NCBI GenBank assembly: GCA_010093815.1
Contig: ML996569.1
Direction: 5' to 3' (one strand)
Length of the DNA: 64,000 nt
Source of the DNA: Pseudovirgaria hyperparasitica
Taxonomy: Eukaryota
The notes beneath the pieces were generated by a model. It saw only the letters and a list, made by a program, of their open reading frames with translations, made no database searches and was not told the origin of the DNA. Shown piece after piece: positions 52,961 to 64,000 of the stretch. The position numbers and the translations under genes were made by a program. Each line of letters starts with the position of its first letter. Position 1 is the first letter of the stretch.

Positions 52961-54068
52961 NACCATCTAACTTTATTTTAATTTAAGTATCGGTCGGGGT
53001 AGATAGACTACTAGTTAAGGTAGCTATAACTAGGGATAATAAGTTAGTAATAGACTTATTCATACTACACGTATATATACTATCATTTACCGTTCCCGTA
53101 GTTACTTAGAGCGGGTCTATACTTAATACCCGAGATAGTATAATCTTATCTGTAGCTACTACTAGTGGTATAGAACTCTTACCTATATCTAATAGCGCAT
53201 AAGATGATTCGAGGTACTTATCTAACTAGTTTAGAGTATCCGACTTATCCTTTTCGTAGTAGTTAGTACCTATATAGTCTCTATAACTTTAGTATATACT
53301 TATATTACCCGATAGCTTAGACTCCTCGCTCTCGTCTAAGTCATCTATATCTACTTTAGAGAAGTTATCTAGGTTATCTTTATATAGGTTTATATATATA
53401 GTATCTAGGTTAATTAGTATTAGTACTATAAATACCAATACTATTAGCGATTTTTAAATGTAGTCGATATGGTAGGGCGCCTAGTTTAACTATATTAGGC
53501 TTAGCGCTCGCTATTCCTCTATATAATTTAGCACGCGATTAGATAAAGGTATATATATATATACCTAGTATTAGTAGAGAGCGTGCGAATCTATAGCGAC
53601 CGAAGGACGAGTTCGGCGCCTACCCGCTACTATATTCGTTAAGGGCATGCCTTATTATAACATATATAATAGTAATCGTAGATGGTAGGATTAGTCGGAA
53701 CATACTACTATAGTACTCCTTTAATCCAAGGAATCTTAGGGACTATAGTAGAACCAACTTTAGAGCCTTAATTACTACTAGCCCTACTGTCAGGGCTGAC
53801 ACCAGGATGGACTCAACTGGACCACTATGGTCTAGTACGGTCCGTGACAGGTGGACCTAGGTTAAGCCAGCTAGAATAAGCGAGACCACTATATAAGTAG
53901 GCCGCACATACTTGATTCCTACTCTTTAGGAATCAACCTCGTTAGGAGAGTAGACTACCCTTTTAAATATATTCCCGAATCCTCCTATGACCTATTAGAC
54001 TACTATCCTACGTCTATAATCCTTACATTTTAATTCCTCTTTATATAGCACGACGGTAGTTTATAGGA

Positions 54069-55451
54069 ATGGCTCTAACCACTCGTCATAACACTCGTGG
54101 CACCGCCTCTTATGGTAGACCTTCTCCCAACCTAAATGAGGAGAATAGTCTACCTATAACTACCCCCACCGATGACCACACCTTATAGGCCATCGCACCG
54201 ATAACTCGCACGATATTCCGTGTAACTATAGAAGATATTATAGAACACGAGGATGGAGTCCATCATACTCCATCTCGGTCTAGTTCGAACCATACTAGAC
54301 CTAACCTTAACACGAGGCTAGACCTTGTTAACGTTAATGAGTTAATCCGTTAGAATCGCCTAACGTTAACCACACCTCATAACGACATGTATACTAGACT
54401 ACACGAAGAGAGGCAACGATAGGTTTAACTCGAGTAATAACTACGCGAACTCGACGAAGCTCGAGGACATACTACGAGACTTAAAGCTGTATTACGCGCT
54501 TTAGTTCTAGTAACGACTAATCTATATTCACATGGACCCATACCAACTAAAACGATCTATCCTAGTCCACTACTATCCCAATTGCCCCGACCTAAGAAAC
54601 CACCTCACTTCGATAGTAAAAGTAGAAAGAGTTTCCACGCATAGGCTTACTAATGTAGCCGATTCTTCCATCTATTCACGAACGACAGCGATAAAATTAG
54701 ATTCGCCTAGAACTACCTCGACCCGACGCCTTTAGAACGTTAGATGGCACACCGAATTAAACATCCTAAGGATGCCCATAACTGGGACACGTTCACCGAA
54801 TTTCTCCTCTAATGTTTTGGCGACAGGGCTGAACGACGCGACTAGGCCTAGGGCCATATCTTCGAGACTCGACAACGAGATAATTAGTCACCGTTATAAC
54901 TCCTTAAATACCTTCGGCCCCTCTAGAGAGAAGCCGAAGAAGATTATATGATTCGATAGTGCGACGACTTTAAACGGTCCCTCGCCCTAAATGTAAAGGA
55001 CCGTCTCGACCTTACAATGATAATCCCTATAGACCTCTAAGCTCTTATAAACCTCGCGGAGCGATACTAGCGCATAATGAATAATTAACGCCGCGCTGGT
55101 GTACGACTATCCCTAACGATCTAATCTAACGCAAAATCGTCTAACTAAAACCGATTTAGTAATAGATCTCGCGGGACGTCACGAGGCCACTACTACGCCT
55201 CGAATTCAAAACCACGCGGATCGTATCGTGGATCTCCCTACTAATCGACACATCGAGATGCGAGGACCGACTCGCATAAACGATCTAAAGTCACTTACTA
55301 TACCTATGGTAGAATAGGCTATATAGCACCTAAGTGCCGTTCGGGGAAGCCACCGAGTGCTAATATAACTAACTAACTAGTCATATACTATAAGTGCCAG
55401 TAGCTAGGACACATCGCGCCTAACTACCTAGCATAGAATATAAAAAACTAA
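54069..55451 (+). pseudogene. gag: gag with two CCHC zinc knuckles (RIP stops)
   Basis: ATG at 54069. Knuckle relics (C)YT(C)GRIG(H)IAPKC and (C)YKCQ*LGHIAPN(C) at ~55296-55427. Ends at AAAAAAC TAA. Confidence 0.85.
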
Positions 55452-58400
55452 TAGCCTACGAGAAACCCTCGCGACTTATAGGCGCGACCATAATAGAGGG
55501 GTAATCCTCTAAATAGTACATTAAACTATAGGCTAGACCTATCGAGGTCCCTCGTGGATAATATTAGACTATAATACTCGATAGTAGGTCGGCCACTAAC
55601 GTTATGTCGACCCAACGAGCACGAGAACTTAACGCCGACATCTAAGCTCTAATAAGTGCCATGTTCCATGGCATCGACGGTCCCATTAAGTTATACGGCA
55701 CCTATACCATCAAATACGGCATCTAGGACAGCGGAGGGAAATGGAAACTCTACTGCTCAACCTTCATCGTGGCAGACAGTCCCTTCGATATAATCCTAGG
55801 TATGCCATAGCTTAAGAAATATAACCCAAAACTAGACTTCCTTAAGAAGATAGCTGGCTGGCGTATGAACCCACCTTAATGGGAACTAGTGTAGCTTGTC
55901 GACGACGAACAATTCCAGAAAGATTGCGAAAAGGCGATCTCTACTATCTACGTGCTCTCACTCACGTAAAATGGTAAGCTTAATATTAAAGTGGACGAAA
56001 ACCTACTATATTAGTATAAAATGTACTAATATGTCGCGTCAGCGATCGATTCCTCCGAACTACCTTAATACTAACCTACCGACCTTACTATTGATCTCGA
56101 AGACGGCTAGTAACCTCTACATGGACCCATCTACCCTCTTTTAGAACCTGAGTTATAAGCCCTTTAAGAATACATCGAAAAGAACCTTACGCGAGGGTGG
56201 ATTAGGCCTAGTATATCCCTAGCCGGAGCTCTAATCCTCTTTGTAAAGAAGAAGAATAGGAGCCTCCGTCTATGTGTTGACTACCGTAGCCTAAATAACA
56301 TCACGCGAAAGAATTATTACCTACTACCTCTTATCTCTAAGTCTATCGATAGACTAGGGCGCGTAAAGATCTTTACTAAGCTCGATCTACGTGACGCCTA
56401 CTATCGCCTTCGTATTAAGGAAGGCGACGAATGGAAAACGGCTTTTAGGACCTATTATGGACACTTTAAGTACACCGTGGTCCCTTTTAGACTAACTAAC
56501 GCGCCAGGCACCTTCCAAGCGTACATTAATAACGCGCTAGTAGGCCTACTCGACACGACATGTATCGTGTACCTAGATGATATCCTTATCTTCTTAGATA
56601 ACGAGGAGGAGCATATCTAGCACGTACGTGCAGTCCTAGATAGGCTAGAAAAGCACAAGCTATACATCAAGCTATCCAAATGCGAGTTCCATTAGGACCA
56701 TATTAACTTTCTTAGCTTCGTTATTACTAATCAAGGTATAACCATGGAGAGAGATAGAGTTACTACTATTATGGACTGGCCTAAACTAAAATCCGTTCGA
56801 GATATACGTGTCTTCATTGGCTTCGCCAACTACTACCGAAAATTTATTAAACACTTCTCCCGTTTAGCCGCACCACTTAATACGCGTACTACTACCACCG
56901 ACTCGTCCATTACGGTCTGTGGTAGACAGAAACAGTATAATATCGAATCATAACCTATTAAATTAACTAAGGTCGAAAGAATATCCTTCGAGAAGATTAA
57001 AGAAGCATTCCTAACCGCCCTATTACTAGTGCACTTCGACCCGACTAAACCTATTCACGTCGAAACTAATGTATTAGGATTTACAATCTTAGGTATACTC
57101 TCCTAGCCTAGACCAATAGAGTCTAAAAAGGTCTAATGGCATCTAGTTGCGTTCTTCTCGCGCAAGATGGCCGACGTCGAGACTAGATACACTATTCATG
57201 ACCAAGAGCTACTAGTAATAGTAGAGTCGTTTAAGTAGTGGCGATATTATCTTAAAGGTGCCATGCATGACGTTGAGTTACTAACTAATTACTATAACTT
57301 AAAGGGGTTTATAAGCACGACGGTTTTAAATCGTCGATAGGTTCGATAGGCTAAGTGGCTTATAAATTTCTACTTTATAATCTACCATCGACCTAGAAGT
57401 ATAAACCCAGCTAATAGGATGTTAAGAAGACCTAACTATGAAGAAGGCGCCTAGGATCATAGTAGCTATAGGGTCCTAGAGTAGCTGTAGGCCCAACTCT
57501 CAAGGACGAGGTTAGATAATAAGTTATCCGACGATTAGCGAGATGCTAACACCGATACCGGTAATCGAATTTATAAGACCGAAGCCGGTGACTAAAGACG
57601 CGGTACCGAAGTCCCCAGCGAGCCATTTATCGGCGCTGTTAGGGAGGGCGATAGTACCCGGCGTGTATGTTAAGTAGACCTCGCCTAGTTGATCGTGGAT
57701 CTGTAAAAGACAGACCCGATAGTTTTGAAGTTGCGTAAAATGTAGCAAGATAGGTTATTACGGACCGAAGTGGACTATAAGTGGACCTTCGTGGACGGCT
57801 TGCTCCACTATGATGGAAAGTACTATGTGCCGATAGGTAACGCACGATTTACCGTAGTTAGCCGATACCATAACGCTAACCTAGCAGGACATTTCAGGTA
57901 TGTACGCACCCTAAGCTCGATTCGTTAGTACTATTTTTAGGAAGATATGCCTAAGTACGTCGAAGAATAGATAGCCACTTATCCGATTTATTAAAGAACA
58001 AAGGCACCTAGGTATAAGCCATATAGGAACTTGCAGCCTCTACTAGTCCCCCTCTTTATATAGGAAGATGTTACTATGGATTTTATAGTTAACTTGCCTC
58101 CAAGCGAGATGCTTAGGATAAGTTATAATTCAATTCTTATTATCGTGGATAGACTTATAAAGATATCTAGGTACGTCCCTATGTGGAAGACGATCACATT
58201 AAAAGAACTAGTACAAGTATTCTAGAATGAGATTATTAAGGTCCATGGTGTACTAAAAAGGATCGTTACGGACCGAGGGAGTACATTCACGTCCAAATTC
58301 TAGACGTCATTCTACGAAATGGCCGGCATGAACAGAAACATGTTAATAGCATTCCATCTATAAATAGATGGTTAGACAGAGCGATAGAACCAAACGCTCG

Positions 58401-59230
58401 AGGCCTACCTTCGTGCATTCTACAATTTCGAACAAGACGACTAGGCCTCTCTACTAAGTACAGCAGAATTCGCGTATAATAATAGTCGTTATAGTATAAT
58501 AGGTGTCACGCCCTTCCAGGCGAACCTAGGACGTAGTCCAAGGACAGGTTTCGAACCTTACACGGTCTAGTTCGACCGAACGATAGATGTTAACGTCCAC
58601 GCGTAGGAACTGGCGATTAAAATCTTTGAAACCGCACGTAACTATCGCGTAATGATCCAGCAAGCGAATGAGTCATATATAAAGTACTATAATAGGTTAG
58701 TTAAAGATCAAGCGTACGAGGAGGGAGACGAAGTCCTCCTTAACGTCCGTAATATACGAACGTCGCGAGTGAATAAAAAGCTCGATTATAAAATGGCTAG
58801 TCCCTTCCGAATCAAACGTCGCATCGGTATAAGAGCCTACGAGCTCGACCTAGGAAACGACATAAAAGTCTATAACGTATTCCACGTCTTATTGCTTAAA
58901 AGGTTTCGACCTAACGTGTATAAATGCACGAACGTGCAATTACACTCCATTATACCCTAAGATGGACCAGACGTGTACGAAGTGGACTATATTGTCGAAC
59001 ATGGGCTCGACGAGAACGGTGTCCAAAAGTATCGAATCCGTTGGAAGAACTGCACCGAGGATGAGGACACCTAGGAACCTGCGGTGCATATCTTAAGTGC
59101 CGCGATGGCTATATATAAACAGAGGTTATAGGATAACACGTTACTACCGTAAACCTAGCGCCGTCGGGGCCGTTGTAAAAAGAAGAAGGATGCCGTGGAA
59201 AACGAAGTGTCGAATCACGAATCCTAAACG
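55448..59230 (+). pseudogene. pol: pol: protease, RT, RNase H, integrase and chromodomain (RIP stops; end approximate)
   Basis: ILDS protease motif, [42 protein letters not shown] and chromodomain VYEVDYIVEH...YRIRWKNCTEDEDT*EP. Confidence 0.93.
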
Positions 59231-59465
59231 CACACTAGGAAAACTCTATAAGGTAGCCCTATAATTCAAGCGATGCACGGTTACCAAACGCGAAGAAAAC
59301 GTAAACAACCGTTATAGGCACGCGACGCGACACATCACAATAGAATAATATAGAGAAGTCTAGAATGGACTAACATGGACCATTACACACGAGAAGAACA
59401 TGGGACCAAGAAACTAAAAAGGTACCCCACTACGGAATTGAACTCGTGATATATAATACAAAAGG

Positions 59466-59515
59466 TTAGAGTACCCGAACTAATAACCACTGGGCCACTG
59501 GTTCGGGTGCTCTAA
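59466..59515. repeat. Conserved long inverted repeat (hairpin) between pol and the antisense gene
   Basis: TTAGAGTACCCGAACTAAT...ACTGGTTCGGGTGCTCTAA; arm mismatches are transitions only. Also present at 37795-37844 and 46051-46100. Confidence 0.85.
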
Positions 59516-59766
59516 TATAATTTAGAGAGATAAACTAATTTATATATAATGCCTACACTTAAGTGACTTAAAGGAAATCAGAACCTAAAATTCAATAGTC
59601 ACAGAATAAACAAGAACGCATATAATATCATTAAGTTAAGAATTAAATTACTAGAAAACTAGTAGACGGGTATCTAAACGGTCTAAAAAGGACCAAAACG
59701 GATAGAAACCAGGCAGACAGAGCCAACACACACCACATAGAAACCCTAGTAAACAGAGCCATAGAG

Positions 59767-61071
59767 CTACTCCTCCATCTTATTATTACTCTTAGAGCGC
59801 AGCGAACGAACTAACCGAGTAATAGAGCGACGGAGGTTAGAGACCTTATCCTCTAGAGTAACCACGCGCTCGGTTAGAGCCTAGTAAGACGACGACTAAG
59901 CGCCAGAGCGGAGCGACTAGACCCAAAGTTAGCCAACGCGGTCTAGAATAATCTAGAATAGAATATATACCCTCTTATGAGGTGACTTAGAAGGAGAACT
60001 AGTAGATCTCTTGCGAGACCCGTTAGTAGCACGAGGCGGGTAGGAAGGAATAGCACGAATCTCTTCTGCGGCCTTAGTAGCCAAAACCGACTCCCTAGAA
60101 TGGGTAGCCTAAGCGCTAGGAATCTCGCGGCGACTGAAAATTATAAGCTAAGGTCAATGATAATTGACGGTTTCTAAACTCACACTTTAATGACCTCTAG
60201 GAAGAGCTTATAGCGCTCCCTAAACTCCCTACGCATAGAAGCCAGGTAACCGCTAGAACCGCCGAGAGTCTCGCGGACGCGAAGATCGTTATATGCATCT
60301 TATACACGAACAGGAACCTAAAAACGTATTAGCATGGATGACTTTGGATCACCCTAGACCAAAATAGCCTAATAGACTTACCTGAAGACAAACTTTACCG
60401 AGGACGGTATAGCGGCGGCAGCGGGTAGGGAGCTTAAAGATTAGGCGTATAGGCCCGTCGCGGTTAGTAGAGTAGTAGCTGATACTAGAGTTAGAGCGGA
60501 AGAGATATTTAGAGCCGGTGGCGTGAGCCTTAATACACTTAAAGCACATCGAACCGTAGTTCGCCGTTTTCCTATAGCGTAAACCGCGACCACGTTTAGT
60601 ATCTTCGGCGACCCAGGCCTTATTATTACTAGGGCTAGGTTTAGAGCGAATATTAAGGTCCTAAAAGGACCTAGAGCGACTAAGTTAGTCTATGTTAGAC
60701 CGAAAAGAGGAACGGCGTTTAGAGCGAGGCGGCGAAGGCGTGAACTCTCGATTATCGTCTACGACGAGATCTTCTTCATCCTCTAAAGGAGGTAGAGTAG
60801 ACAGGCGGCGCGAGTAGGTGTAGGTAGGCTTTACAGCCACCTCTTCCGCAACACCAGTACTAGGATCACCTAGATTAGAGCGACTAGTGGCCACGTTAGT
60901 GGCAACAGTAGTAGTAGCCTTAGCTACCTTCTTCTCTAACTTAGAGCGCGCCTTCACACCACTACGATGAGTGGATTTTTTAGCCGGTATGGCCGGGGTA
61001 GAGGTAATCCCTTTAGAGCGGGTCTTGCGAGAGGAGGAGGCAGGCTTGGGAATAGGACTAGTATTAGACAT
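59767..61071 (-). pseudogene. Antisense, intron-containing accessory gene of the chromovirus (~396 aa; Cys cluster plus leucine zipper), RIP-damaged
   Basis: Exons 61071-60382, 60317-60184 and 60133-59767. Introns are GTAAGT..GCTAAT..TTTTAG (64 nt) and GTGAGT..CATTGAC..TTTTCAG (50 nt). The frame is continuous after splicing, and all internal stops are TAA/TAG, revertible to CAA/CAG/CGA. Confidence 0.8.
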
Positions 61072-61803
61072 CTATACACACACGTTAGCTGGAGATCTGA
61101 GAGTGGAATACTCGTTCAGCCTTAAAGGCGATTGAAGAAGCTGAATTAGTGACCGTAATAACGCGAATGGATTACATAGGACCAGCTCTAACGAAAATGG
61201 ACCACTCTAGACCCGAACGGATCTGAACTGAAGGAGATAGTATATGAATTAACGACTTACCTTAAGAGTAAGGTGGATGTACTAGAGAAGAAAATTTAGA
61301 ATAAGAAAACTAAATATAAGCTTAGTTAATGTAGCGGTCACATGACCCGCGGAGCTACCTCCAAGGCAGCAGCTATAAAGTAAGGGATGAGCGCGTGTAT
61401 AAATAAAAGTGAACTGGAGCTTAAGTTTACTAATGTAAAGACTATCGATAACGTCATATAGATTCAATTAGATGCGCGCATAAACATAACGCTTTTGGAA
61501 TTACGGATTTGCGTGTAGCTAAGTGCTTTAGGGCGAAGCATAAAAAGAAGAAGGATATTATTAGGGCTGACACTAGGATGGACTTAACTGGACCACTATG
61601 GTCTAGTACGGTCCGTGATAGGTGGACCTAGGTTAAGCCAGCTAGAATAAGCGAGACCACTATATAAGTAGGCCGCATATACTTGATTCCTGCTCTTCAG
61701 GAATCAACCTCGTTAGGAGAGTAGACTACCCTTTTAAATATATTCCCGAATCCTCCTATGACCTGTTAGACTACTATCCTACGTCTACAATCCTTACACC
61801 TAC

Positions 61804-64000
61804 GAACATTTTCCGAGTTACGCTAGTATTATACTAATAATTAGTAACACGTCTAATACGACGTAAGTAACATACCTTTACTCCTATATACGCGTTATTA
61901 TATATTAGGTTACTTATACTAGCTTTTCTCTTCTCGGCTATCTCCTAGTCCTAGTATTTAGATACTATCTATCTAACTCTAGAGAGGAGTTAGTAACGGA
62001 AGTCCATTATATCTTCCTTTACTAGCGTAATAATATAGGCGGGAGGTATGTTTTATAAATTATAATTAAGATAGTAGCTACTAAGATTAATATCTCCGGC
62101 GGCTGTCTAGGCCGATTATACTAGTATCCTAAAACTATCTAGGCTACTATCTAGCCATATATTAAGGCGATCGAATACCGGTAGTAACCGGCCTAAAAAT
62201 ATTATAGCGATTAAAATCTCTATTATTATAAGGTACCGGTCTCGTTCGTAAGACTAGAGACTATCTCTATAGGACTACCTCTTTTCATAGATAGTTAGTT
62301 CCCTCTCTACTACCATTTCTCCACCTTCTTCTATTAAGCTAGATAGCTAATACGGTGGAGGAGAGGATATAAGGCCGTTATATCCCCGGTTACTATTACG
62401 GTAGAATATTACCGTAACGTCTAAGCTATATAGGGCGTTACTACCACATTCGCTACCGGTATACCTAGACTACTAGGTTATTAGTAGATAAACGAACGCG
62501 TCGAGATAAGCTAGATATATATATACACGTTTTTTATATTAATAGCTATCGTGTAAGTCCCTATTATTAATACTAATACGTGTCTACGTTATATCGTATC
62601 TTCGTTTACCTATCCCGTTTGGTTTACTATGGTTACTAGATTATCTTCTATTAGTATTACCGCCACGGTAGCTAGATAGTCCCTTAACCGTCTTCCGTGT
62701 TAGAGGTTCTATAGAGAAGATATATAAGAGATTAGTAGATATTTTCATTAGTAATGGGTCGGTAACCTACTAGGTAATAACATTAGATAGTGGGATAATA
62801 ACTAGCTAGTAGACACGATAAAGGTTTAGGCGTAGACTAATATAGTATTTTTATAGACGCGTAATGCTTACGCGTTATTATTAATAATTTTAAGCGAGCG
62901 TGTATAGGAATTAAGGGGCTAAGAGCTAGGTAGAAGTCGGGGGTTAGTAGGTATATATCGGGCTTTCGACGGGCTTACACCTAACTTCTTCCGGTATACG
63001 CCTAGAATATCCACCGTATACCGTATTATTACTATCTACTAATAATTATACTATAGTATTTTTCCTTTATAGTAACTATACCTTAAGATGCCATAGGCCG
63101 TAGTCTCCTACTAATACTATAGTAGAAAGATTAGTAGTATACACTATATAATCCGTAGACACTATAACTTAGAACCATATAGACGAGCACGGCTTACCGC
63201 ATCGCTATTATTATTATAACTATTAGGCCCGTGGCTACTACTATCGACCGGGTTACGGCGCGGCTTTAGTACTCGTAGTTATATTAGTCGATAGAACTCT
63301 TTAGTTCGCTCTATTAGTATTTAGCCGTCGAGCGTTAATTAGGAGTCCGAGTCTATAGAATTAGGTACTTCTACTACTAATATTACCCTATATAAAGATA
63401 CTACTATTTTCCCTAATCCTATTTCGGACCTAAAATCTATAGATAGCGTTACTAGTAGCCATGGTATCGATTTAGTATATTAGTCTAATATATATAGTAG
63501 AAATACTATATCCATGGCGACGAGAGTATCTAGTACTATATATTTAATAAAAACGTTCGAAGAGGAGAGCGGTATATATATTATAGTAGACTAGAGTAGA
63601 CGTGATAATCCGTCCGACGTAAGTATATATAGTCTAGGTTTATAGTAGTAACTAATTTAGTAGGCCCGATTCGGTTAATTCAATAGTAAGTTTATAGAGC
63701 GCCTTATAATATAGACGAATCGGTTCGGTATTTCGAATATAGTATACGATAAATTAACTACTATCCTTAAATAGACTTCCGCTATACCCCCCGACCTTTT
63801 TATACTAAAATCTAATATCGTATATAAGTAGTTATTATACTACCCTAAAGGGATACCGCACGAAAGTTAATAGCGTAGCTATAACATATTCGGCACTACC
63901 ATAGTTAAATACTAGTATAGGGATCCGCTTACGTTAGTGGAATTCCTCCTTAGATACCGACCGTTCGCTAGTAATGTAAGAATAGGGTTATTGGATAGTA
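61804..64000. mobile_element. Unclassified RIP-mutated repeat, host of Gypsy copy 3 (continues in 52961-53787)
   Basis: RIP-like composition; joined across the CCTAC TSD; no domain recognised. Confidence 0.5.

Larger units (their letters stand above)
53788..61798 (+). mobile_element. Ty3/Gypsy chromovirus copy 3 (subfamily B), full length, least mutated
   Basis: 240-bp LTRs 53788-54027 (TG..CA) and 61559-61798; TSD CCTAC; PPT AAAAAGAAGAAGGA before the 3' LTR. Confidence 0.96.
33300..64000. repeat. AT-rich, RIP-mutated transposon block
   Basis: Abrupt compositional shift with TpA excess and CpA/TpG depletion, near absence of ORFs, and C>T/G>A differences between paired LTRs. Confidence 0.95.

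Noticed and set aside
52196..52966. 256-aa ORF of X residues
   Set aside because: Artefact of the N gap.
59767..61071. Interpreting the extra retrotransposon ORF as env
   Set aside because: It is antisense and spliced, and lacks a signal peptide and transmembrane segment.

Overview
Filamentous ascomycete (Pezizomycotina) genomic DNA in two compartments. From 1 to ~33.3 kb it is gene-rich, with spliceosomal introns: UDP-galactopyranose mutase, a KAR9-like protein, the complex I 24-kDa subunit, an NCS1 permease, a P450, an SDR, a fungal TF-like gene, a PTR transporter, hydrolases, a 2H-phosphoesterase-like gene and two pseudogenes. From ~33.3 to 64 kb it is an AT-rich, RIP-mutated nest of transposons with one assembly gap: three copies of an ~8 kb Ty3/Gypsy chromovirus (two subfamilies), a ~0.6 kb TRIM family and a 5'-truncated LINE, most with recoverable target-site duplications. 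The most notable signal is that every chromovirus copy carries, between pol and the 3' LTR, an antisense gene with introns. It encodes a ~396 aa protein with a Cys cluster and a C-terminal leucine zipper, and is separated from pol by a conserved ~23-bp hairpin. Both the chromovirus and the TRIM appear to use a self-complementary, tRNA-independent primer site. All calls come from manual reading; no database searches were run.
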